Shown in pieces: positions 9,143-18,195 of a stretch of DNA of 40,000 nt. This stretch comes from Xanthomonas phage Xoo-sp14. The stretch lies in sequence record MT939492.1. One strand, 5' to 3'. The translations under genes and the position numbers were made by a program. A model generated the notes under the pieces. It ran no database searches, was not told the origin of the DNA, and was given only the letters and a program-made list of their open reading frames with translations. Numbering within the stretch: the stretch's first letter is position 1; every line of letters starts with the position of its first letter.

Positions 9143-9164
9143 CGGCAGCTTCGGCTGCTGAGAT
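9143..9164 (+). promoter_or_regulatory. TTCG-capped hairpin in a divergent intergenic region, followed by TATG
   Basis: CTCGGCAGC-TTCG-GCTGCTGAG (one G.U pair) then A-TATG (9166-9169), upstream of the gene at 9275. Confidence 0.5.
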
Positions 9165-9274
9165 ATGCGGGGAGCGTACGTTCTACGTAATTTGATTTAA
9201 ACGCTTTTTAAGCATATATCATCCAATTGACGTATCCCAAAGATGCGTTGCGCGCAAACCATCAAAACCAGAAA

Positions 9275-11260
9275 GAAGGTAGAACAATGAGTGTGAACAC
9301 CGAAGAGAACGGCACCCAGGCCTCCTCCCGTGACCGTGCACGTGAATCCGTGCCGTCGGGCAACGATCGCCGCGATGACCGTGGTGACCGCAACGAAAGC
9401 CGCAGCCGTGAGCAGCGCGCCAACCGTCGCGCCAGCGTTTCCAGCATCGAAGCCGATCTGGCTCGTCCGATGTCCATCGAGGGCAACGGCGAACTGCTGA
9501 CCGTCGTCAAGAACAAGATCCAGGACATCCTGAAGGACAACCTGAAGTCGACCTACGACGGCAGCTTCGGCGTGCTGGCCCTGGATCGCAACCAGATCAA
9601 GACCGGCTTCTCGGTCCTGGTGATCTACTTCAACGAGCGTTCGGGCAACAGCCAGTACACCGGCGCCTTCAAGCTGATCCTGGAAGGCACCGGCAGCAGC
9701 GCCCGCCTGACCCGTCCGGTCAACATCGGCTCCAGCAGCTACACCCGTCAGCTGGTCGCCGGCGACCTGGAAGGCCCGGCCCTGACCGACAAGATCAGCC
9801 GCGCCCTGTCCGAGCTGAGCGGCGCCAGCGTCGAGCTGTACGACGCCGGCACGATGGTGATCCACAACACCGTGGACCCGGAGAAGCACGAAGGCAAGCT
9901 GAAGCAGTGCGTGCAGATCGCCACCCAGGCCTGCTTCACCGTCCTGGACCGCGCCACCGGCCAGCAGGAAACCCCCTTCTCGCCGCAGATGCTGGGCAAG
10001 AAGACCGTCCTGTCCGTGAACATCGACAGCAACCCGACGCCGCTGACCTCGGCCGGCGGCCTGCCGATCCGTACCGACTTCTCCATCGAACTGTCCGCCA
10101 GCGAGAACCGCAGCCGCGATGATCGTGACCGTGACGATGCCACCGACGAAGAAGTGCTGCACAGCACCGACGTGGCGCTGACCCGCCTCGACGGCTACAT
10201 GGACCTGGTCTACATCCCGCAGGGCCGTGACAGCGATCGCCGCCGCGATCGTCGCAACCGTCGCGACTTCGTCGATCCGCTGTACCAGCCGGCGCTGGTC
10301 ATCACCCGTGCGGCCAACCGCATCTCGGCGCTGACCATGGAGCTGTTCCTGCTCTCCATCGCGACCTCCACCATCATGGACCGTCGCCAGGAGTGGGTGA
10401 ACCAGTTCCTGCGTCACGATGATGCCCGTGCTCACCTGCGTGACATCGGCGCCATCGGCTACGAGCTGGCCCCGCACCTGGATCCGGGCGCCAAGGGCGA
10501 GCTGATCGACACCCAGCGTGCCGACTTCGACCGCCGTGCTCTGAACGAGCTGATCGAAGATGCCATGTCCCCGGACCTCGTCGTGCGCATGCACATCGAA
10601 GAATCCGGCGACCAGTCCTGGCTGTCGCTGGCTCTGCTGGCAGCGGCGGAAGGCGGCAAGGGCAGTGCGGAAGTGGCCGACATGATCTACAAGGCCGCCG
10701 ACAACCTGACCGACGGCAACTTCGGTGATCGCTTCAAGGAACTGGGCGGCACCAAGATCGCGATCGATCTGCAGGACCGCATCATCCTGGGCGTGTACAA
10801 GGACAAGTTCGGCGAAGCGCGCGACCCGCGTGAAGTCGACGATTACCTGGCCTCGCTGAACCTGTTCGGCAAGAACGACATGGACATCGTCGAAGACCTG
10901 TCGAACACCCACGATGACGTCGACGCTCCGCTGGCGGTCCGCCTGCACAAGCGTACCGAGATCCTCCGTCACGCCACCAACGAGACGCTGGAAATCAAGG
11001 CCTACGCTCGCGCCATCGAGTTCACCTCGGAGTTCATCGAGGCGCTGGTGCTCGGCCTGCAGGACGCCGACATGGACATGCGTTCCAACGGCCTGAACCT
11101 GGACTACCGCCAGGGCACCAGCCGTGGTCGCAACGACGCCACCCGCAACGCCATCCGCAGCGATCGCGTGTCGAACCTGTACCGCGACGGCGGCCGGGAT
11201 CGCGACACCGGTGGCCGTGGCTCGGCCTTCGGTCGCGGTCGTTACGCCAACCGCTGGTAA
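9275..11260 (+). CDS. Large uncharacterised, probably very highly expressed phage protein with Arg/Asp-rich low-complexity regions
   Basis: MSVNTEENGTQASSRDRARESVPSGNDRRDDRGDRNESRSREQ... Leu codons almost all CTG, with strong GGC/ACC/GTC/AAG bias. Isolated between a regulatory-looking upstream region and a strong terminator. Confidence 0.9.
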   Translation, partial: EGRTMSVNTEENGTQASSRDRARESVPSGNDRRDDRGDRNESRSREQRANRRASVSSIEADLARPMSIEGNGELLTVVKNKIQDILKDNLKSTYDGSFGVLALDRNQIKTGFSVLVIYFNERSGNSQYTGAFKLILEGTGSSARLTRPVNIGSSSYTRQLVAGDLEGPALTDKISRALSELSGASVELYDAGTMVIHNTVDPEKHEGKLKQCVQIATQACFTVLDRATGQQETPFSPQMLGKKTVLSVNIDSNPTPLTSAGGLPIRTDFSIELSASENRSRDDRDRDDATDEEVLHSTDVALTRLDGYMDLVYIPQGRDSDRRRDRRNRRDFVDPLYQPALVITRAANRISALTMELFLLSIATSTIMDRRQEWVNQFLRHDDARAHLRDIGAIGYELAPHLDPGAKGELIDTQRADFDRRALNELIEDAMSPDLVVRMHIEESGDQSWLSLALLAAAEGGKGSAEVADMIYKAADNLTDGNFGDRFKELGGTKIAIDLQDRIILGVYKDKFGEARDPREVDDYLASLNLFGKNDMDIVEDLSNTHDDVDAPLAVRLHKRTEILRHATNETLEIKAYARAIEFTSEFIEALVLGLQDADMDMRSNGLNLDYRQGTSRGRNDATRNAIRSDRVSNLYRDGGRDRDTGGRGSAFGRGRYANRW

Positions 11261-11303
11261 GCAACAAGCGCGTCACGCAAGTGGCGCGTTGATGTAGTGA
11301 GAG

Positions 11304-11325
11304 GCCGGGGGGTAAAACCCCCGGT
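11304..11325 (+). terminator. Intrinsic terminator
   Basis: GCCGGGGG-GTAAAA-CCCCCGGT hairpin (outer G.U pair) followed by CTTTCTTTTTTG. Confidence 0.9.
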
Positions 11326-11373
11326 CTTTCTTTTTTGTCTCTATGCCCGAGCGGAGATGTTCCTTTGTCCATC

Positions 11374-12783
11374 ATGTTCGAGATCGTCGACCACAACAAG
11401 CTGTTCCAAAGCTTGTCGGTGGATCCGATGTTTATCAACGAATTCGACCTGAAGACGGAAGAAGACCGTAAGCGGCTCGACTCACGACTGTTCACACGTT
11501 ACGAGGGCGACTCGCCTTTGGACGTGTTGCCGCGATGCCAGTGCGGGCACTTGACAGGCGGACGCTTCACCGGGATGATCTGTCCCGAGTGCGGCTACCA
11601 ATGTCTGGTGGTCAGTGAGCGCAACATCGAATCGGATATGTGGATGGCGCCGCCTCCCGGCGTGCGTGCTTTCATCAATCCACTGATCTGGGTCATCTTC
11701 AGCAAGTACATGACCCACTCCGGTTTCAACGTTCTGGAATACCTGGTCAATCCGTACTACAAGGCGAACCGATACCCCGAGCAAATCATGGAGCGCCTGC
11801 GCCGTGCAGACATTCCAAGGGGCCTCAACTTCTTCCATGACAATTTCGACAAGATCTTCGAGATTCTCCTGAAGGAGCGCCTGCTGAACATCCGCAAGGA
11901 TGAGAAAGCGGACCTGATCCAGTTCGTCAACGAGAACCGCCCAGCAATCTTCTCCAAGTACCTGCCGATTCCCAACAAGATGTCTTTCGTGGCAGAAGAC
12001 ACCAGCGTTGGGTTCTTCATGGACACGCAGATGGCCACTCCGGCATTTGCGGCATTCCGGACAATCTCCGGAGCTGTGAACTCGGTAAGGCCGCTCACAC
12101 TGGATGTCCTCCAGTCCCGAGCAGTGAAAGCCAATGTGCTGATGACTCAGTACTACATGGCCTTCCACGGTAAGCCCTTCGGCGCACGTGAAGGGTGGTC
12201 GCGAAAACACATCTTCGGCTCGCGTCTGTTCTTCAGCGCACGAGCGGTGATCTCCTCGCTGAGCGAGAACCACCACTACGAGGAAGTGCATCTGCCGTGG
12301 TCCCTGGCTGTGGTTGGCTACAAGCTCCACATTCAGAACAAGCTCAAGCGGCTGGGCATGACGCCCAAGGAGGCCGCGCGTTACATCAACGATTGTACCA
12401 TGCGGTACGACCCGCTGATTGACAGCATCTTCAAGGAACTGATCGAAGAGTCCGCCAATGGCGGCTTGCCGATTATCCTGCAGCGCAACCCCACGTTGGA
12501 TCGACTCAGTGCTCAGCGCCTGCTGGCCACCAAGATCAAGACCAACGTGCGAGACGTTACCATCTCGATGTCGACGCTGGTCCTGGTTGGGCCTAACGCT
12601 GACTTCGATGGCGACGCCCTCAATGTCATCCTGATTCTTGACAAGGATATGTATGACAAGCTTCAACGCCTGGCACCCCATCTCGGGGTTCTGGACTTGA
12701 TGGCCCCGCGAACCATCTCCAATAACGTGAAGCTGCCGGGTCCGGTAGTCTCGACGATTGCAGATTGGCTCTCACGAGCATAG
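11374..12783 (+). CDS. Multisubunit RNA polymerase beta' subunit, N-terminal/catalytic fragment
   Basis: Zinc-ribbon-like CQCGHLTGGRFTGMICPECGYQC, RNPTLDRLSAQ, and the catalytic signature GPNADFDGDALNV. A TTG start at 11365 is also possible. Confidence 0.93.
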   Translation: MFEIVDHNKLFQSLSVDPMFINEFDLKTEEDRKRLDSRLFTRYEGDSPLDVLPRCQCGHLTGGRFTGMICPECGYQCLVVSERNIESDMWMAPPPGVRAFINPLIWVIFSKYMTHSGFNVLEYLVNPYYKANRYPEQIMERLRRADIPRGLNFFHDNFDKIFEILLKERLLNIRKDEKADLIQFVNENRPAIFSKYLPIPNKMSFVAEDTSVGFFMDTQMATPAFAAFRTISGAVNSVRPLTLDVLQSRAVKANVLMTQYYMAFHGKPFGAREGWSRKHIFGSRLFFSARAVISSLSENHHYEEVHLPWSLAVVGYKLHIQNKLKRLGMTPKEAARYINDCTMRYDPLIDSIFKELIEESANGGLPIILQRNPTLDRLSAQRLLATKIKTNVRDVTISMSTLVLVGPNADFDGDALNVILILDKDMYDKLQRLAPHLGVLDLMAPRTISNNVKLPGPVVSTIADWLSRA

Positions 12784-12802
12784 CGGGGATTCGCGCGGCA
12801 TA

Positions 12803-12826
12803 CGGGGAGGCCTTCGGGCCTCCCCG
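12803..12826 (+). terminator. Terminator-like hairpin, flanked by CATA and TATG
   Basis: CGGGGAGGCC-TTCG-GGCCTCCCCG. CATA at 12799-12802, TATG at 12828-12831. Confidence 0.7.
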
Positions 12827-12857
12827 CTATGTTGTCCCTCAAACTGGATGATCCCCC

Positions 12858-13391
12858 ATGGACACCCTAAATACACAAGGTGATGGAAACCGTCATGAGC
12901 TGAATACCTTACTCCACCAAACACTTCGGTCATTCTCCAAGCGTCACTACCGAACTCCTGCCCACTTCGGTGGTAAGCAGTTCCTGTGCGATGAAGAGAA
13001 CGACTTCAAGGTATGCTTGAACAAGCGAAGCGTAGAGATCGTAGGATTCTCTCACGACGGCGAAAAGAAGCGTAACCTGCGGGTCTCGGAAGTACACGAG
13101 ACGGTGAACAACCAAGCCCGTATGGACTACGTGGAACGATTGCTGGAGTTGTACAAGAGGACGATCGACAAGGACCGTAGCGGGATCTACTACGTATTGG
13201 AACACCCTTACCGCGAAGGAGCTATCAGGAACCGCCTGCTCTCGTTTGCCTCCACGGTACTCAACGACAAGTTGAATCTGGGAGTCGAATACAGCTGTGC
13301 TTCAGGCCTGATGCTTGTAACGATCAACAGTCACAAGGGCGACCGCCGTCTCATGATGATGCCGGTTACGCCTGTACCACGAATACTCTGA
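12858..13391 (+). CDS. Uncharacterised phage protein
   Basis: 177 aa: MDTLNTQGDGNRHELNTLLHQTLRSFSKRHYRTP... Confidence 0.75.
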   Translation: MDTLNTQGDGNRHELNTLLHQTLRSFSKRHYRTPAHFGGKQFLCDEENDFKVCLNKRSVEIVGFSHDGEKKRNLRVSEVHETVNNQARMDYVERLLELYKRTIDKDRSGIYYVLEHPYREGAIRNRLLSFASTVLNDKLNLGVEYSCASGLMLVTINSHKGDRRLMMMPVTPVPRIL

Positions 13392-13494
13392 TCCAGTCCC
13401 CGTTAAGGGATCGCTGGGATTACCGAACTTTGTTGGCCTGTTATAGTTGGAAGAAGAAAAGAGTTCCCCCGCTCTTTTCTTTTGTCGTCAAAAC

Positions 13495-13515
13495 AGTTTC
13501 AGACCTACACTATCT
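13495..13515 (+). promoter_or_regulatory. Exact 21-bp intergenic repeat, copy 2 (candidate phage promoter)
   Basis: AGTTTCAGACCTACACTATCT, identical to 1806-1826, located 62 nt upstream of the ATG at 13578. Confidence 0.55.
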
Positions 13516-13577
13516 AAAAGAATACGGATGAAGGGATATGGTGTGATGTATCCCTAATCCACCTAACGAGTCCAGAA

Positions 13578-14108
13578 ATGAAACAGGGGACAATTGCCAA
13601 GGTGGCAATGGCGCTTTTTGAGGCCCTCGCGCCTGACCATTCAGAGGAAGATAAGGTCAGATACGCGAGTCATTGCCAGCTGGTGACCGAGCACACCAAT
13701 CCACGAAGGATTCGGTATCGGGCAGGAGAAGTGTCGCTGTCGGGACGTGCCAAGAGCGTTGAGCTGATGGCCACGTACCACGGAAAGACTACCTACGCGT
13801 TTCATCCGCCGCTTCAGAGCCTTGAAGCGGAGATCATCTTTGCCATCCTCGATTGCTACAAGACCGGTAGCGGTGTCAGCCACATCCTGTTGGAAGACAT
13901 CACGAAGGAAGGCACGCAGCTCGCGATTCGTGAGGTGTCGATCAAGGAACTGATGCGCTACATCGTACCCGACGCTATTTTGCTGAAAGACAGCAATGCG
14001 CGAGTCACGATCGAGTTCGAAGACAAATATCTACAAGTGTGCGGGTTGGCTGCACGTTACGGCTTTGACGGTGTCGAAGTGGTGCGTCGCGTCTACTTCC
14101 GCGAATAA
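13578..14108 (+). CDS. Uncharacterised phage protein
   Basis: 176 aa: MKQGTIAKVAMALFEALAPDHSEEDKVRYASH... Bounded by the 21-bp repeat and a hairpin. Confidence 0.75.
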   Translation: MKQGTIAKVAMALFEALAPDHSEEDKVRYASHCQLVTEHTNPRRIRYRAGEVSLSGRAKSVELMATYHGKTTYAFHPPLQSLEAEIIFAILDCYKTGSGVSHILLEDITKEGTQLAIREVSIKELMRYIVPDAILLKDSNARVTIEFEDKYLQVCGLAARYGFDGVEVVRRVYFRE

Positions 14109-14111
14109 ACC

Positions 14112-14135
14112 AGAGGAGGGCTCAGGCCCTCCTCT
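14112..14135 (+). terminator. Terminator-like hairpin overlapping TATG
   Basis: Perfect AGAGGAGGGC-TCAG-GCCCTCCTCT. TATG at 14135-14138. Confidence 0.65.
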
Positions 14136-14220
14136 ATGCCGCAATCCCATAGATTCTATTGAAAATGGACTAAAAAACTACATAGAGAACCTACCATATG
14201 CAATCATTAGAGGAGCAGTA

Positions 14221-14841
14221 ATGGCCAGATTTATCGAAGGCGACGACGAGTCGTTTGACTACATGTTCTACGGGGAGCAAGACCGTGGACTGCAGTCTTA
14301 CTTCTCCGAGCGCCTTGAGCGCGCATCATCAGGTCTCCAGCGAGCAGGCTCGGAGTTCCTGGAGCGGGCCAGGAACATGCACGAGCGGTTCTACAACTCC
14401 GACGCAGTTCGTTACGCCCGAGCCGCCGCACGCATCGTGGAGAGCGTGTGGACCAGCGACGAGGTTCGACGTATCGTAGACCTGAAGGGTCTGCAGACCG
14501 CCAAGCCGCGCATGCAGCGCTGGCTGATGGCAGAGCCGACCTATCGCAAGTTGTACAACGAAGGCCGCGCCGCAGGTTACGGCGAGAGCTACGAGGACAT
14601 CGATCCGGGCAAGCTCGGCGAAGAGCATTACGACTATCGTCGTGTCATGTCTGGCATGGTGGTGGAGCTGGAAGGCGATTGCGATTGGGAGTCGACCACC
14701 TATGACGAAGACCTGCATGACGAGAATGATCGTCTGATGGTCGACGAACAGGTGGACATCACCGAGTCGTGGCACCTGATGGCGCACTACGCCAAGCTGG
14801 GCAAGAATGACCCCGGCAGTCGTTTCGACGACGAGCTGTAA
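14221..14841 (+). CDS. Uncharacterised phage protein
   Basis: AGAGGAGCAGTA then ATG. MARFIEGDDESFDYMFYGEQDRGLQSYFSERLERA... TATG at 14197-14200 upstream. Confidence 0.85.
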   Translation: MARFIEGDDESFDYMFYGEQDRGLQSYFSERLERASSGLQRAGSEFLERARNMHERFYNSDAVRYARAAARIVESVWTSDEVRRIVDLKGLQTAKPRMQRWLMAEPTYRKLYNEGRAAGYGESYEDIDPGKLGEEHYDYRRVMSGMVVELEGDCDWESTTYDEDLHDENDRLMVDEQVDITESWHLMAHYAKLGKNDPGSRFDDEL

Positions 14842-14853
14842 GAAATGGTATAG

Positions 14854-14874
14854 GCCGCCCCGCAATGGGGCGGC
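14854..14874 (+). terminator. Terminator-like hairpin (no U tract)
   Basis: GCCGCCCC-GCAAT-GGGGCGGC directly after the stop at 14841. Confidence 0.5.
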
Positions 14875-14895
14875 AGCATTTCAATGGAGCTCGCA

Positions 14896-15291
14896 ATGAC
14901 CGGTATCTTCACGTTGTCTTCCAAGGGCCCTGCACGGAGCATTCAGGAAACTGCCGACATGGCGGTCTCTTATTTCCTGGTGGCCGAGTATTCCCAGAGC
15001 ACCATGTTCTTTGAAGAGGTCCAGTCGTTCCCCTGGATCATTCAGGCGTACAGCAGTGATGAGACAGCACTGAAGCAGCAGATCGAAGCACGGCTGCAGC
15101 AGCACCTGTCTCACTTCTTCGATGGCGCGCAGGTCGAAGTGGACACCAGCGAGAAAGTGGTAGGCGATGAGAACCGACTCCATGTGGTTATCACCGCAAC
15201 TGTTACTCGCGGTGGCTATGCCTACTGCGTGGGGCACGAAATCAGTACCTATCAAGGCACAGTACTGCGCATCATGAAGCTCAGCAACTGA
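14896..15291 (+). CDS. Uncharacterised phage protein
   Basis: TGGAGCTCGCA-ATG. MTGIFTLSSKGPARSIQETADMAVSYFLVAEY... Confidence 0.75.
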   Translation: MTGIFTLSSKGPARSIQETADMAVSYFLVAEYSQSTMFFEEVQSFPWIIQAYSSDETALKQQIEARLQQHLSHFFDGAQVEVDTSEKVVGDENRLHVVITATVTRGGYAYCVGHEISTYQGTVLRIMKLSN

Positions 15292-15327
15292 CCTTATTTT
15301 TTTCTTTCAAAACAGGCACAATAAGAA

Positions 15328-16401
15328 ATGACCCAGAGTGCGATTCTTCCGAAGAATGACCCGCGCGTCGGCGCTGAGCTGGACAAGCTGATCCAGGCGA
15401 TGGTTGCCTTCGAGCAGGACGAGTCCGGCGATCTCGGCAAAGCCACCAGCGAAATCATCACCATCCTGCAGAACCCCGAAGCAGCCGCCGCCGTCGGCGC
15501 ATTCCGCGATGACCTGGTCCAGCTGCTCAACCTGTCCCAGCCGGCCAACGAATCGGCAATCGCCAACGAACTGGTGATGCATACCCCGGCGACCCTGCGT
15601 ACGCTGGGCGACATGACCGGCATCCCCTACGGCGATCGCGCCGGCCGTTTCGAGGGCGCTGAAGCCGCCATGGAGCTGGACACCCTGGAAGAGCTGCCGC
15701 CGCACGACCCCAACGTCAACGTGGCCGACACCATCGCTGCCGAAGAAGCCACCCGCAACGACTTCGAAGATGCCGTCCAGGCCCTGGGCGACAGCGCCGT
15801 CGGCGATCTGATCAAGCGCCTGTACGACCAGATCCAGCAGACCAACCGCAAGGTCACCTACCTGGAACAGCAGAACCGCCAGCTGTCCAAGCGCCTGGCC
15901 GAACCGCTGCAGCAGATCATGGAAGGCAGCGTCCGCCAGATCGCCGAACTGCGTACCGCCATCGAAGACCTGCGTGTCGACGCCGGCTACCTGTCCTTCG
16001 GTGCCCTGGCCGACCTGATGACCACCGCGTCCAAGAACGTGGAAAACACCATCAAGCGCCGCCACGACCACCGCGTCAACAAGGCCCGCACCACGGTGGA
16101 GTTCTCCGAGCAGAAGAAGGACGAACGCTCGGTCCTGGTCACCCTGTTCCCGGCCGATGACCCGGTCAGCCCGAACAAGTTCGAGGTCAAGAACCGCGTC
16201 GACGGCCAGTGGGTCGACGTCACCAAGGAGATCCCGAGCTTCGCGTTGGAAATGGTCTGCGAGCAGTTGCAGGTTCGCGGCCTGAACGACGGCAAGCGCC
16301 GCTGGGCGAACATCACGATCAACTTGCCGGAAGAAGCGCCGGCCGTTGGCGAGGAAGCCGCCCAGGACCAGCACGACCACGACCACGATCACCAGCACTG
16401 A
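15328..16401 (+). CDS. Uncharacterised coiled-coil-containing protein with natural Asp/His-repeat C-terminus
   Basis: MTQSAILPKNDPRVGAELDKL...DQHDHDHDHQH. High-expression-like codon usage. Coiled-coil-like RLYDQIQQTNRKVTYLEQQNRQLSKRL. Confidence 0.88.
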   Translation: MTQSAILPKNDPRVGAELDKLIQAMVAFEQDESGDLGKATSEIITILQNPEAAAAVGAFRDDLVQLLNLSQPANESAIANELVMHTPATLRTLGDMTGIPYGDRAGRFEGAEAAMELDTLEELPPHDPNVNVADTIAAEEATRNDFEDAVQALGDSAVGDLIKRLYDQIQQTNRKVTYLEQQNRQLSKRLAEPLQQIMEGSVRQIAELRTAIEDLRVDAGYLSFGALADLMTTASKNVENTIKRRHDHRVNKARTTVEFSEQKKDERSVLVTLFPADDPVSPNKFEVKNRVDGQWVDVTKEIPSFALEMVCEQLQVRGLNDGKRRWANITINLPEEAPAVGEEAAQDQHDHDHDHQH

Positions 16402-16456
16402 TCGACGTCATCATGACCCGGTGAATTAAGTAGCCGGGTCTCACAAGGCAGAGCAC

Positions 16457-17053
16457 ATGTCCAACAACCCCAATGAGTCGGTCGATCCGCGTTCGATTGA
16501 CCAGATCCTGACCGAGCGTCAGGCAGCGCCGTACCTCAAGGCGCTGAAGAACATCATCGAGATGAACGAGGCTGATGTCCCGGTCGTCACCGAGCATGCC
16601 TTCAAGACGATCATCCTTCCCCTGCTGGCCTCGACTGAACCCGAGATCAACATGGAACCGTGGGTGGACTTGGCGGGCAACCCCAATCGTCCGATCAACG
16701 TGGTCGATCATGCGGGCAAGCTGCTGTTCCAGCTGCCGGCACTGATGTCCATGCGAGCCACGCGCTTTGCTGTCGTCAACGACGCCTCGTTCCTGGAGAT
16801 CTTCCGTCGTACGGAAGCCATCCGCATCAAGAGCCCCTACGCTGCCCGTCAGGCGTCGGAGAAGATGCTGGAAGGACGCGTCTACGATCCGGGCGTGAAC
16901 TACGACACCGCCGTGGTCATGGATGGCATCTTCCGTCGCTACGGTCTGCCGCCGCTGTTCGAAGACGACGGCCCCGACTCCGATACCGCGACCACTGCTG
17001 AAGGTGGGCGCAAGTCCAACATCAGGCCTCCCGATGCGTTCGAAGAGTTCTAA
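16457..17053 (+). CDS. Uncharacterised phage protein
   Basis: 198 aa: MSNNPNESVDPRSIDQILTERQAAPYLKALKNIIEMN... Confidence 0.85.
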   Translation: MSNNPNESVDPRSIDQILTERQAAPYLKALKNIIEMNEADVPVVTEHAFKTIILPLLASTEPEINMEPWVDLAGNPNRPINVVDHAGKLLFQLPALMSMRATRFAVVNDASFLEIFRRTEAIRIKSPYAARQASEKMLEGRVYDPGVNYDTAVVMDGIFRRYGLPPLFEDDGPDSDTATTAEGGRKSNIRPPDAFEEF

Positions 17054-17066
17054 GGGACTGAAGACG

Positions 17067-18182
17067 ATGCAGGTCGGTGATATCCACACCGGCCATGCTC
17101 GTACTCCCACTACCCACATCCTGGCCAATCTGCGTGCAAGCTTCAACCACGAGACCCTGGCCGACGTGGACCTGCTGTGTATCAACGGTGATCTGTTTGA
17201 CAAGATCCTGTACTTCCCTAACCCGGCGGTGACAGAGATCCAGTTGTGGGCTGACTATCTACTGCGCGTATGTGCCGACTGTAACGTCGTGCTGCGCGTA
17301 CTGGAAGGAACCGATTCCCACGACGCCAAGCAGAACACCATGTTCACTACGCTGCTGGAAACCAGCCAGCTGAAGATCGACTTCAAGTACCAGAACACGG
17401 TGTGCATCGAGTACATCGAAGCTCTGGACATCAACGTGCTGTTTATCCCGGACAACTGGCCGGCAGGTATCGACGGTACGTGGCTTGAGGTGCAGGGTCT
17501 TCTGCGTGAGCACGGCTTGGAGAAGGTGGACTTTGCCTGCATGCACGGCGCGTTCACTCACCAGCTGCCGGAAGTGGTAGCGATCCACGGCGAAGGTGGG
17601 ATGCACAACCCTGATCGTTACTCTGAGATCGTGGAGAAGTACATCTTCATCAACCATGTCCACAAGTCCTCTCGCTACAAGAACATCATCGCCCCAGGCT
17701 CCTTCGATCGTCTGGCGCATGGTGAGGAAGAGGACAAGGGCTTTGTCATGGCCGAGATTGGATACGACGGAAATGACAAGATCACCTTTGTTGTCAACCA
17801 CCGGGCAATGATATACAAGACGGTGGACTGCTCCGGCCTGATGGCTTCGGAAGTGTTCGAGAAGATCCAAGCATTGGTTGATCTGGGAATGCTGCCCAAC
17901 AGCTCCTACGTCCGCCTGCAAGGTAATCGGCACGACCCTGCGATCATTGGCCTGAAAGAGATCCGCCGCGAGTTCCCACTGCTCATCTTCGATGACCCCA
18001 AGGTCAACAAAGAGAAAGTCGTTGAAAGCACGCTATTCACTGACGCACGAAATCGATTCGAAGAAATCACTGTCACACCTGACAACCTAAAACAACTACT
18101 CATGCCTCGCATTGAGGCTCGGCTGGGCGAAGGTGCCCAGTTAACAGGTGTATGCAGTTCACTCATTGATGAGCTACTCTGA
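17067..18182 (+). CDS. Metallophosphoesterase, SbcD/Mre11-like nuclease family
   Basis: QVGDIHTGH (D.H), LLCINGDLFDK (GD), LEGTDSHDAKQN (G[ND]H-like variant), CMHGAF, IFINHVHKSSRYKNIIAPGSFDRLAHGEE (the H.H...PGS block of SbcD-like proteins). Confidence 0.8.
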   Translation: MQVGDIHTGHARTPTTHILANLRASFNHETLADVDLLCINGDLFDKILYFPNPAVTEIQLWADYLLRVCADCNVVLRVLEGTDSHDAKQNTMFTTLLETSQLKIDFKYQNTVCIEYIEALDINVLFIPDNWPAGIDGTWLEVQGLLREHGLEKVDFACMHGAFTHQLPEVVAIHGEGGMHNPDRYSEIVEKYIFINHVHKSSRYKNIIAPGSFDRLAHGEEEDKGFVMAEIGYDGNDKITFVVNHRAMIYKTVDCSGLMASEVFEKIQALVDLGMLPNSSYVRLQGNRHDPAIIGLKEIRREFPLLIFDDPKVNKEKVVESTLFTDARNRFEEITVTPDNLKQLLMPRIEARLGEGAQLTGVCSSLIDELL

Positions 18183-18195
18183 AAGGAGTTTTTTC

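Noticed and set aside
13996-14220. Upstream extension of the 13996-14841 ORF
   Set aside because: It overlaps the 13578-14108 gene and its terminator-like hairpin. AGAGGAG precedes the ATG at 14221, which is the likely start.
16418-16443. Weak inverted repeat GACCCGG...CCGGGTC upstream of 16457
   Set aside because: Only a 7-bp stem with a 12-nt loop and no U tract or TATG flank. Too weak to call a terminator.
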